Position numbers and translations under genes: made by a program. From contig UYFQ01000576.1 of NCBI GenBank assembly GCA_900617105.1, positions 62,001 to 89,607 of the forward strand: a DNA stretch of 27,607 nucleotides. The letters run 5' to 3'. Under the pieces are notes generated by a model. That model was not told the origin of the DNA. It searched no databases and saw nothing but the letters and a program-made list of their open reading frames with translations. Source of the stretch: Hydrurus foetidus. Its lineage: Eukaryota. Shown piece by piece: positions 1 through 9,720 of the stretch. Numbering within the stretch: position 1 is the stretch's first letter; each line of letters begins with the position of its first letter.

Positions 1-550
1 AACAAATACCTGCTATGATATCGCTGCCAGAATCCTGGACGCTGATTCCCATTGGCTCCTATCGCCGCCACCTGTTTCAAGCGATGTAGTTTTGTGAGTC
101 AGCGGAAAAAATGCAATTTATTATAGACCGTGCACTAAGGTGGTCAATTATCATTTTTATAACTAACAAAATAGATTAGTGATGGTTTGTGCACGGTTTA
201 TATGAATCAAGGGACTCATCAGACTATGCTACAGTGAATTTAAAGGGATCAGTGGCGATAAGAAATTGACTCAACTGGCGTCTGTACTGAAGTTTACTTA
301 CATCGGATGAAAGAGCTTTGAGACTACAAGACGGTCAAGTTTCCTAGATCTCAGGGCGTACAGTGCAGTGTTCACAATCTGAGCTACTCTAACACGCATG
401 TAACTCCCTTATCAGTCAAGCAAGAGTCAAGTTTCAAATTAGATGCAATTTCCAGAACAGGGTATTTTGGAGTTGAGTGTGCGACGTGTGAGAAAAATTT
501 ACCGCAGCCGGTGGCGTCAAAGTGCCCCCTCTCCTTTTAATACCCCCTTG

Positions 551-603
551 CTTACGGTGTCGGATTTCAGGGAAAGTTAGAATCGGATTTCGGTTTTTGA
601 AAT
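551..603. repeat. Left portion of the first palindromic repeat unit, split by the 604-5506 insertion
   Basis: CTTACGGTGTCGGATTTCAGGG...TTTTTGAAAT is identical to the starts of the units at ~5786, ~6099 and ~6429 and continues at 5509. Confidence 0.9.
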
Positions 604-842
604 AAGCCGCTCACACAGGAATTCCTTGTACCGGTACCATTTTTTTCTCAAAGTCGAACATACTCGAGCAACCAGATCACAATTCACCACAACTCCAGAA
701 ACGCTTACAATCACAACTATCAACCAATCAAGACGCCGTAAGGATTTTCTAGTAGCTGGTATCGTAGTCAGTCAACCACTGTAGCGGCGAAATCAAAATC
801 GCAATCCTAATCGCGCAGTAGTTCAGGACATTCTGTATCGTT
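604..842 (+). repeat. Left terminal inverted repeat (239 bp)
   Basis: AAGCCGCTCACACAGG...CATTCTGTATCGTT; matches the reverse complement of 5268-5506. Confidence 0.95.
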
Positions 843-856
843 TCTCATTTTTTTCG

Positions 857-3285
857 ATGGGTCGTAAGTGCTGTTGCACTTATACAGACGAGTGTGCCGA
901 GCTTCAGAAACGGCTGACTGCTCTGAAACAGTTTCATCTGTGAGTCGTTGTCTTTTCAAGATCATCATCAACTATCCTCACTGATTATTTGCAGCGAAAA
1001 ATCTCATGAATTATTTCTTGAATTTCAGGGTGGGATTAACTCGAATTCCTAGTCTGACTAAGCTAAGATTTACTGCACCAGCAATTCTATCCGATCACTA
1101 CCGGTGCTCTGTAATTAAACACCTTCGGTTGAGCGATTTGGATGAGCGATTGGAACATTTCGTTGCTTTCAGTCACTGGCATCCGAAGGTGCTAGAGTTA
1201 TTCGACGAAAGTAAGGATGTTGGAGCCAAAAAGATGTTTCCTAGAGTACTGAGCCTCGTTCTCGGTAGAGAAATAGGTCTCGAAAGCTATGACAGATTAC
1301 CGGCGGCAACCTCCTCTCCTACAAGTTACTATGTTAATGTCCCGTCAGCTACGCTACAGTTCTATGACAATTATCTCAATACGGAGTTCATTGACCGTCA
1401 AATTGGTTTTATTGCGTCTGGCGACGGCTTCGTTAGTCCTGATCTTCGGAAATCCTTATCAGCATCTGGAAGCGAGGAAACAGCCGGAAGCTCTTCCCTT
1501 GCTCGGCTATCAACGGTACAGCAGAGATCTTCATTTGTGGCTGCAGAAATACAGTCTGAAGAGAGAAATATGAAAAAACAGAAAGTTGAAGATAGGGATA
1601 GAGCTAGGAGAGAAAAGAGATTATCAACAATAGAACTCATGAGTGAGGATGGTCAGAAGCTGCTGAAAAAATCTGTTGCTGAGGTGAATACGCTCAAAAG
1701 GCAACTTGAAGAGATGGAAAAAAAGAACAAAGCTCTGCGTGAGAAAAAGAAAGAAATGCACTGTGAACTCGACGTTATGAAACAAATAATGTCAAAGAGC
1801 ATAGTCCGCTCTAATATAGTCTGTCCAACATGGCACAAAAACAATCCTAGATTCGTACCCTACTGGCTGGGATTCATAAGTTATGCTGAGTTTACAATTT
1901 ATCACAATTGTTTTTGGCCAGATGTGAGTACTATAGTCCGAATCAATGACGGTAATATAAGTGAATTTGAGAAAAGCATGATCACGAAAATGTTCTTCAG
2001 GAAAGGATTGGAGTTTGAGCTTATCGGTTACATATGGGGAAGAACAAACATTGGACGCTATGTGAGGTCTTGGGCTCCTCTGTGGGGTGAAGTAGGAGCT
2101 GACCTTTCTATCCTGGATATAAACGAAACAATTCTCATTGCGCTTACTCCAGAAGATTACATCAATGGATGTACTGACAAGATATGTGGTCTCGTTGACG
2201 GCAAAGACTTCAAGACAGAGACAATACGGATACACAGCGGGATAACAAGAGCAAGTCATTCTAACAAAGTGAACTGCTCAGCACTTCGTGTTTTATCATG
2301 GATACTTAACAATGGTCTAAATGTGGAGAGATCTGAACCATACTTGGGTCGCGCATCAGAGACACACATTGTCCAAGTTCTGGGTTCTCATGTAGGGGAA
2401 GTTCCTATACGTGAATGTGATAGAGTTCTATACAGTGCTCTGAAGAAATCGAATCATACAAGAGAGTGTCGTGTGCGCGACACAGTGCAGAATACGGGCA
2501 GAATGATTGCATCAGTGACAAGAAACAAAGGAGAATGTATGGAAGGGGACGAAGACGCATCAGCTGTTGACAAGGAGATCACATTCTGCAATCGAGCAGA
2601 CCAGTGGTTTAAAGGTGCTGTTGTAGCTCATGAGAATGGAAGTGTTGTGGAAAAGAGAAAAGCGAGAGTGTTTACTACACTTGATCACGACAACTTAGAG
2701 AAGACCGTCCTAAGATCTGGACCCAACCAATCTCCCGAATCAAAATTGGTGCAACTCAGACGTCTGCAGAGACTGGATGTCGAGTATAGAAATGGCAATC
2801 TAGAAGGCTGTCTGTTGTCTGAATACCTTGAAGTAACCAAGAAGCTCAGGAAAGATATGATAGCTGTCCTGAGGGGACGCCCATTGAAAGGATTAGATGG
2901 AGAGATCCTCGACATGACTGCTCACAACGCTAGACTAGTGGAGCTGCGGCTGCCCCTGCGATTAGGTAAATTTCCAAGGGGTTGGGCAATACTAGCAGAT
3001 AGAGGATTTGCTAATGATGCGACACGTTACCCAAATATGAATGTTCAAATGACACCATCATTTCTGTCGGGTAGAGATCAGTTCACATATTCTGAATTGT
3101 CAGCTGATATGGTTAAATGTAAACTGCGATATATTTCGGAAACAAACTTCGCAAGAGTTACTGATGAAAACTTGTTGACCGATGTCATACCTGCAAGTGT
3201 ATTACCTTATATCAAGGACTGTATTTCCTGGGGTCATGCAAGCGCCAACCTTTGTAAGAAGTACAAAGATAGGAACTATGTGTAA
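857..3285 (+). CDS. ISL2EU/Harbinger-type DDE transposase with THAP-like N-terminus; exons 857-939 and 1029-3285
   Basis: ATG857 opens MGRKCCCTYTDEC. The intron 940-1028 (GTGAGT...TTCAG, 89 nt) splices in frame (CT|G) into ORF 1006-3285. A THAP-like C..C...P...FVAFSHW and a coiled coil precede the core motifs GLVDGKD (D, 2197), HSNKVNCSALR, YLGRASE, ILADRGF (D, 2998), TPSFLSGRDQFT and LRYISETNFARV (E, 3139). Confidence 0.88.
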
Positions 3286-3317
3286 TGTAAGTTGTTTCTT
3301 AAATTTTAGATGAATAT

Positions 3318-5246
3318 TTAATAAACGTATTCTAACAAAATGCCAGTGCTTGACAATGCTTTTACAGATTCTGGAAATATGTCAACAATTTTGCTGTGAG
3401 GTAATAAGAAATTTGTTTGGATTATTCTTATTATACCTAAAAATCCCAGCATGTGAGAGCAGAACATTTGTCCTGCGGGGCAATCGCAGTGTGAATAAGG
3501 ACTTCTCACAAATCTCTCCGCTTCATCATTTCCATCTATCATACGTATCTTGAAAACCAGATTAACAGCGTATGCATTGGCTTTCATCGATGGCGTACTT
3601 TTTATCTGATACATTATGCATTTTACTGCTAAACCCTCAAATTTACAATCTATAAGGCACACCTTCAGTGTTGACAGATCAAAATGTCCGCCGCATATCA
3701 GACGCATTGCTCGATTCTCCACTCCACCACGATGTCCAAATATCTTAAACACGAAGCTCTCATCCACAACTGGTGTCATTGAAGGGTCTCGCATGTGATT
3801 CACATTGAAATCTCCATCTAGATTCCACTTCACACCACCTACACCAACATCAATATTAGCCTCCTCAGGAAGATCGTCCACAGGTATAATTTCTCTCGGG
3901 GTGATTTCAATGAGGAGACTTTTAACGGACTGAACTAGATCGCTGTGAGCAACAGCAGGTGAATAGCGAACCCCCCTAGCGCGCAACCATCTGTTGAGCA
4001 TGTCAGAGGGACACATTAATGGTGGCCACTTCACAAAGTTGTGCTGACTACCCCAAGGCAATAAAAGTCCTCCAGCATTGCGAGGTTGCATTACAGGTAA
4101 CAGTGGGCTCATCGTTCTGATGAAGATGTTGTTATCCATGAAGAGCAGTTTTCTGAAATCTCCTAACTCATGCACCTCATTCAACGGATTATGTCCTAGC
4201 TTATCCATCACGAATTCATCGGTCAATAATAGGTCCTCAATGCCGAGGAGACCCACTTGAACACTGGCATCATCGTCTAAAGAATCAAACTTGAATACCG
4301 GAGGGTGTTTCAGCATGTTGAAGGCGTGCCAAAATTTCACACGGTAATTGGGAAATGCATCTGTGTTCTCACTCCCACTTTCGCTATTTTTTCGTTTTCT
4401 TTTTCCTACTTCTATCTCCTGGAGCATTTTTTCCTTCTCATCTGCTGATGATACCATCCATTTGGAAAGGAAACTCTCAACACTCTTCGGTCCGAATCCT
4501 GTTGGTCGTGCAAGAAAATCGCTCCCTAATAACACGCTGAGGACTCGCCCATGATCGGCTGTCATAATGATACTACCATCGGTGGAAAGTCTTTTGGATA
4601 ACGCCTCTCTGATAACTTCACTATCAAAAAGTATCATCGTGCCTTTTGTTATGCTGACCTTTGTAGCCCATGATTTACTGTTAAGAGGAAAGAAGTCCCC
4701 ATCTTCCGAAAACGTCCCATCCGTTATACCCATATCCTCTAGGTGCTGCAGCCCAGCGTCAGCTTCGTACAGCGACATTACGCAAACAACAGCATTCGTT
4801 GCCGCCCAAGTTTTGATAGTGAGTAGCATGTCCTCCGAGATATACATTGTTGATTTTTGGAGCTTCAGAACTTTCTCTGCATCATCTTCGTCACCGGTCT
4901 GAAGGAGTGCATTTAGTTTCTGAAATGCATCAGCTCTTTCCGATTCCCGGAGAACGTTGGTGTCGAATTTGGCTGGATTCCTCCGGCCATCTAGTACTAA
5001 TACTAGTTTAATAGAAAATCCGTCGCACAGCTTCTTAAATGAGTCCCAGAATTTAGTTATGTAAGCTGAAATATCGACGCGAGGATCAGAGTGAAAATCT
5101 CGGACTAGATTGTCCCTCGATGTCACCAACTTGAACATGTAATTAGAGACATCTACCCCCATAGTTCTGTTCTTCAACACTTCGAGAGTTGTTTCCACCT
5201 TCAGCTCGTCTGGAAATATCTTACTTATTAGATCCTTGATGCCCAT
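3318..5246 (-). CDS. Exo1/XPG/FEN1-family 5' nuclease fused to a SAP-like helix and a C-terminal SWIM zinc finger (transposon ORF2)
   Basis: Starts MGIKDL (ATG at 5246). Nuclease motifs: GVDVS, LVLDG, YEADA, SEDGD, and H3TH LLGSDF..PTGFGPKS. SAP-like LNRWLRARG..HSDLVQSV. SWIM region PSMKANAYAV...CDCPAGQMFCSH (CxC-x5-CxH). Confidence 0.9.
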   Translation of the reverse strand: MGIKDLISKIFPDELKVETTLEVLKNRTMGVDVSNYMFKLVTSRDNLVRDFHSDPRVDISAYITKFWDSFKKLCDGFSIKLVLVLDGRRNPAKFDTNVLRESERADAFQKLNALLQTGDEDDAEKVLKLQKSTMYISEDMLLTIKTWAATNAVVCVMSLYEADAGLQHLEDMGITDGTFSEDGDFFPLNSKSWATKVSITKGTMILFDSEVIREALSKRLSTDGSIIMTADHGRVLSVLLGSDFLARPTGFGPKSVESFLSKWMVSSADEKEKMLQEIEVGKRKRKNSESGSENTDAFPNYRVKFWHAFNMLKHPPVFKFDSLDDDASVQVGLLGIEDLLLTDEFVMDKLGHNPLNEVHELGDFRKLLFMDNNIFIRTMSPLLPVMQPRNAGGLLLPWGSQHNFVKWPPLMCPSDMLNRWLRARGVRYSPAVAHSDLVQSVKSLLIEITPREIIPVDDLPEEANIDVGVGGVKWNLDGDFNVNHMRDPSMTPVVDESFVFKIFGHRGGVENRAMRLICGGHFDLSTLKVCLIDCKFEGLAVKCIMYQIKSTPSMKANAYAVNLVFKIRMIDGNDEAERFVRSPYSHCDCPAGQMFCSHMLGFLGIIRIIQTNFLLPHSKIVDIFPESVKALSSTGILLEYVY

Positions 5247-5267
5247 CAGTGAAACAAACAAGATGTC

Positions 5268-5506
5268 AACGATACAGAATGTCCTGAACTACTGCGCGAT
5301 TAGGATTGCGATTTTGATTTCGCCGCTACAGTGGTTGACTGACTACGATACCAGCTACTAGAAAATCCTTACGGCGTCTTGATTGGTTGATAGTTGTAAT
5401 TGTAAGCGTTTCTGGAGTTGTGGTGAATTGTGATCTGGTTGCTCGAGTATGTTCGACTTTGAGAAAAAAATGGTACCGGTACAAGGAATTCCTGTGTGAG
5501 CGGCTT
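5268..5506 (-). repeat. Right terminal inverted repeat (239 bp)
   Basis: Reverse complement of 604-842. Confidence 0.95.
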
Positions 5507-5508
5507 AT

Positions 5509-6640
5509 CCAATTCTGACTTTTTCGATTTCCGACGCGGAGATTGTCGGAAATTCGGCCTATTTTTCGACAATCTCCGCGTCGGAAATCGAAAAAGTCAG
5601 AATTGGATTTCAAAAACCGAAATCCGATTCTAACTTTCCCTGAAATCCGACACCGTACGGACCGGCCTTATTTCCGATTCCAACTCGGTCGAAAATCGAA
5701 AAAATCGAAAAACCTTGGGTCGGTCGGAAATTTTCTTGAAATCCGATTCCGACTTCCGTGAAATCCGACGCGCATAAGGACCGGCCTTACGGTGTCGGAT
5801 TTCAGGGAAAGTTAGAATCGGATTTCGGTTTTTGAAATCCAATTTGACTTTTTCGATTTCCGACGGAGATTGTCGGAAATTCGGCCTATTTTTCGACAAT
5901 CTCCGCGTCGGAAATCGAAAAGTCAGAATTGGATTTCAAAAAACCGAAATCGATTCTAACCGACACCGTACGGACCGGCCTTATTTCCGATTCCAACTCG
6001 GTCGAAAATCGAAAAAATCGAAAAACCTTGGGTCGGTCGGAAATTTTCTTGAAATCCGATTCCGACTTTCGTGAAATCCGACGCGCATAAGGACCGGCCT
6101 TACGGTGTCGGATTTCAGGGAAAGTTAGAATCGGATTTCGGTTTTTGAAATCCAATTCTGACTTTTTCGATTTCCGACGCGGAGATTGTCGGAAATTCGG
6201 CCTATTTTTCGACAATCTCCGCGTCGGAAATCGAAAAAGTCAGAATTGGATTTCAAAAACCGAAATCCGATTCTAACTTTCCCTGAAATCCGACACCGTA
6301 CGGACCGGCCTTATTTCCGATTCCAACTCGGTCGAAAATCGAAAAAATCGAAAAACCTTGGGTCGGTCGGAAATTTTCTTGAAATCCGATTCCGACTTTC
6401 GTGAAATCCGACGCGCATAAGGACCGGCCTTACGGTGTCGGATTTCAGGGAAAGTTAGAATCGGATTTCGGTTTTTGAAATCCAATTCTGACTTTTTCGA
6501 TGTCCGACGCGGAGATTGTCGAAAAATAGGCCGAATTTCCGACAATCTCCGCGTCGGAAATCGAAAAAGTCAGAATTGGATTTCAAAAACCGAAATCCGA
6601 TTCTAACTTTCCCTGAAATCCGACACCGTACGGACCGGCC
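5509..6640. repeat. Tandem array, ~330-bp period: a 200-bp palindrome (90-bp arms + 20-bp spacer) alternating with a ~110-bp module, joined by GGACCGGCC-TTA
   Basis: 6101-6190 and 6211-6300 are perfect inverted arms. Copies start at ~5788, 6101 and 6431. The ~110-bp module lies at ~5668-5778, ~5980-6090 and ~6311-6420. Confidence 0.92.
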
Positions 6641-7863
6641 TAAGGCCGGTCCTTACGCGCATCGGATCCCACCAAAATCGGAATCGGTTTCCAAGTTCTT
6701 TTCCGATTCCTCATGAGAATCCCATCTTGCGCAGCACTTTTCAAGCAAGAAGAGAATTCTTCAAATCCGACTCTCGACATTTCTGTTTTCTGATCGCCCC
6801 TCGATCGGAATTCATGAGCGATTTCCGATCGAGGAGCGATCAGAAAATAGCTGTCGGATTTCAAGCATCATCGCCACATTTACTGGATTGGCGTCGTAAA
6901 GGAAATCTGGCGTAGAACATTTCGACTCAAATGAAGGGGTTTAAGGTTAGACATCTGAGGTGTAAAGTGACGTCGTCGAAATTGGCACCAGGGAAGAAAT
7001 CGTTCAGTGTCAAGGAATTTTTGAATCGAAGGAAAATTAAACGCATGCTTCCTGTCGAGATAGCAGCGAATCCTGTCTGCAAGAACATTCTGTTCATAAT
7101 ATTTGAGCGCCCGAACATGAATGTCCTTTTCATTCTTCACCTGAGTTGTATGCAACTCGAAGAAGACAAGGAGAATTATCAAGGATTGCGCATCTTTAAT
7201 TAATTTCTGTGGAGCTGAAGAGCGAGGCGCTGCAACGACTTTCAACTTCGGGTGGCGCTGCGATATTTGCTAGATGATTCTGTGAAGAATTCGAATGGTA
7301 GAATGTAGAGATTGGTTGATATGTTCACTGTGATCAGATATCCATGTCGACGATGATCTGAAATACTTTGAGGACTTTTTCCTCTTCTGCTTTCCAGAAT
7401 TCAATTCCGGTAACACTGAGGATATACGGAAAATGTCGACACGGAAACTGACGCAAAAGTGACCAAAAAGTGTGAAAACCGAGAACTTCAGTTCCTGAAT
7501 TGTTACTTTTCACTTTCCGTGGCAGCTGGCCACGGGCTAGTGGAAAAGGAAAGTTCACTTTTCCGTCATGTCGACATTTTCCGTATATTACGACCGCAGA
7601 ATAAAAGTAGCAGTTTCGCACTGAAAAATAGGCCTGCACTGGGGGGGGTGCACAACCAAAAGTCTGGAAGGGGGGGGTGCGCAAGCAATATGTCATGGAA
7701 CTATCGGTGAGTATTATGCAATCTTCCATCTTCCAACTTCTCTAGTCCATCAATTTCACCTGACTGTCGTTGGCTGATAGTTCAAAGTTTGAATATTGGA
7801 TCGAAATCTCTTAGAAATTTTCCGCATCTCCTGTTTGTTTCTGCCATTCTTGTGAAACTGAAA

Positions 7864-8645
7864 ATGAAGTTGCAAAAGAAGATCAGCGTTGCAAAGAAGG
7901 CAGTGAGGAAGACAAAGCCAGTTCTGATTCCCACAATCAAGTGGACGATGACTGACAATTTGTGTCTGTTGTATGCTATTTGGGAGATGTGTACTCCTCT
8001 TCAGAAGCTGATTTTGACGGTAATCCAATTATCAACTTGCATGTAAGGCCAAACCCACCTTCAATTTAGGATGCAATTCTCTCATCATTATCTCCTCTAC
8101 CCTTTCAGATGGACGGGAAGTTGTCATTCGTTGAATCTTTCAAGAAGACCATGAACTTACTGCCCAGTCAGAAGGTTACCAAAGGCATTTCTGCATTGGA
8201 TGTAAATTTATATCTTAGATGGCTTAAATCAGACTTATCTACACGAAACATCAATGCAGAATATGTTTGGAGAAGGGTAAAAAAAGTAGACAAGAGCACT
8301 TCTAGAGACTTCAATGGTGCCAGTGTTTATAAACTAATGAATGGTCGTGTTGGTCAGTACATTCTTTTTGGGAAAGCTAAGTGGAATAATGATGCGCATC
8401 GGAAGCAGATGAAGAGATTGCGGGCTGCTGGTAATGAACGAATTAGATTCAAATTATACGGCATCATTGCTAACGGAACAAAGCAATCTGATCATGCTGT
8501 TGGTGTATTTATTCGTGCTGCTGATGAGCATTTACTTTATGACAACTCCATGCGCAACATTTCTTTAAAACTTACTGCGGACAGTTTAACCAACAAAATG
8601 TCTGATGTTAGCTGCTGCTACATTTTTGATTTGAAATATTTGTAA
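7864..8645 (+). CDS. Putative papain-fold cysteine peptidase (Josephin/C39-like motif order); exons 7864-8019 and 8109-8645
   Basis: The 89-nt GT-AG intron 8020-8108 joins the ORFs in frame (LILT|MDGK). Motifs DNLCLLYAI (Cys), DHAVGV (His) and LLYDN (Asp) are in papain-like triad order. Confidence 0.55.
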
Positions 8646-9241
8646 TATCAATTAATTATTTTATTTGGGTGAAACCCAATTTTTAAGTCGGACAAGGCCG
8701 TATCATGATAGGAACAACAGTTCTTCGTGCTCTGACCCTTCTGATGTGGTCTTGTCTTAACTAAAAGTTAAAAATTTCAATCGATACATTACTTATCTTG
8801 AACAGGTAATTTGCCCATTTTCTATTCAATCAGCTCCATTGAAATGCCAAGTCACCGTGTCATATCACTTATCAACTTTTTTTGAAAGTCACCGTGATTT
8901 ATGCTTTGTATTTACAATATTTGATTACCGCTTTTTACTCTTAACGAAGTAATCATGACTCACCATCTTCTGATGTCTGTTGTTTCTACTGTGTTGACTA
9001 TTCTGATGTCTTTAAGGTATCCGCTCTTCTAATCACGGTGACTTCTGAAAAAGTCACCGTGATTTTTTAGTATTAAAGGTAATCTTTCAATAGGCCACGC
9101 TATTCTCTCACAGTTTCACGCAAATTGCAATTGCCATTGAACTCCTCATGTCTTTTACATGTGTGACTAGTTCGATTTTGCCGTAAAGGTTTCTTTAATT
9201 CGAATGTAACCTTTTTTTATTTAGTCGAGGGATGTAACGCT

Positions 9242-9720
9242 TCATTTTTCAGTCAAGGGATAGTTAATCGAAACGTCCAAAGTTGAGGGATAGTCAATGG
9301 ATGAAGCAGAAATGAATAGTCTGTAATTTTCAATCTGATAATCTGATCCTGCGTGAACCATATCACCTCTGAAGAAAAGCATGCTTGATTTAGGAATGCG
9401 TACTTTTTCATCTAGTGATCCAACATACAAGAATGTGTTTTCCATCAACGCTATCAATGCAGAGTAGTGGAAGACTTTTAAGTCTTTGAGTCGTTTGGAT
9501 GATTTTGGATCTGGCACGTGATCAGTATGAAGTTTTTGTGCTAGATTACCTTTCTGTGATCTAAGGAGCTTGACGCCGATAGTTTTGCATCCTGGGAAAA
9601 CAATCTCTATCGCTTCGAGCACATCACCGATGATGTCTCTCTCATTGCTAACTTTCTGCATTGTTCTCAAAGGTGGCCCAGCTTCTTCTGAGAAAGTGAT
9701 TGGCTCTATATCTCCTTCAG
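9242..9720 (-). CDS. 2OG-Fe(II) oxygenase (PhyH-like double-stranded beta-helix); 5' end uncertain or truncated
   Basis: QKLHTDH (HxD), SALIAL, MLFFRGDMVHAG (distal His), ENYRLF (2OG-binding Arg). The frame is open upstream to a TGA near 9746, with no in-frame ATG before 9661. Confidence 0.72.

Larger units (their letters stand above)
604..5506. mobile_element. Autonomous-looking ISL2EU-like (PIF/Harbinger/ISL2EU/Spy group) DNA transposon, 4903 bp, two convergent genes, 239-bp TIRs, AT TSD
   Basis: 604-842 is the reverse complement of 5268-5506 (1 mismatch seen). AT occurs at 602-603 and 5507-5508. Removing the element and one AT restores CGGTTTTTGAAATCCAATTCTGAC, the uninterrupted sequence of neighbouring repeat copies (e.g. 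~6139-6162). It encodes a DDE_Tnp_4-type transposase. Confidence 0.93.

Noticed and set aside
1..550. Possible coding remnant and a possible element end (…TAATACCCCCTTG at 538-550)
   Set aside because: No ORF of meaningful length and no partner terminus within the window
2374..2979. Intein or intron as the explanation for the transposase insert
   Set aside because: No C/S...HN-C/S/T intein ends seen, and the frame is fully open with coding-like composition; not formally excluded without RNA data
3318..5261. Calling the nuclease the host EXO1/FEN1/GEN1 gene, starting at TTG 5261
   Set aside because: It lies between TIRs and has a transposon-type SWIM C-terminus; the family-typical MGI start is at 5246
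5509..6640. CRISPR-like repeat/spacer appearance
   Set aside because: The intervening sequences are themselves identical repeats, there are no cas genes, and the context is eukaryotic
5326..6915. Many short repetitive ORFs (MSEIRPIFRQSP..., MSKNRPNFRQSP...)
   Set aside because: By-products of the palindromic tandem array and TIRs; present on both strands with no domain signal
6880..7245. ORFs inside the TAA-flanked element
   Set aside because: Short, overlapping on both strands, with no recognisable transposase or Myb motifs
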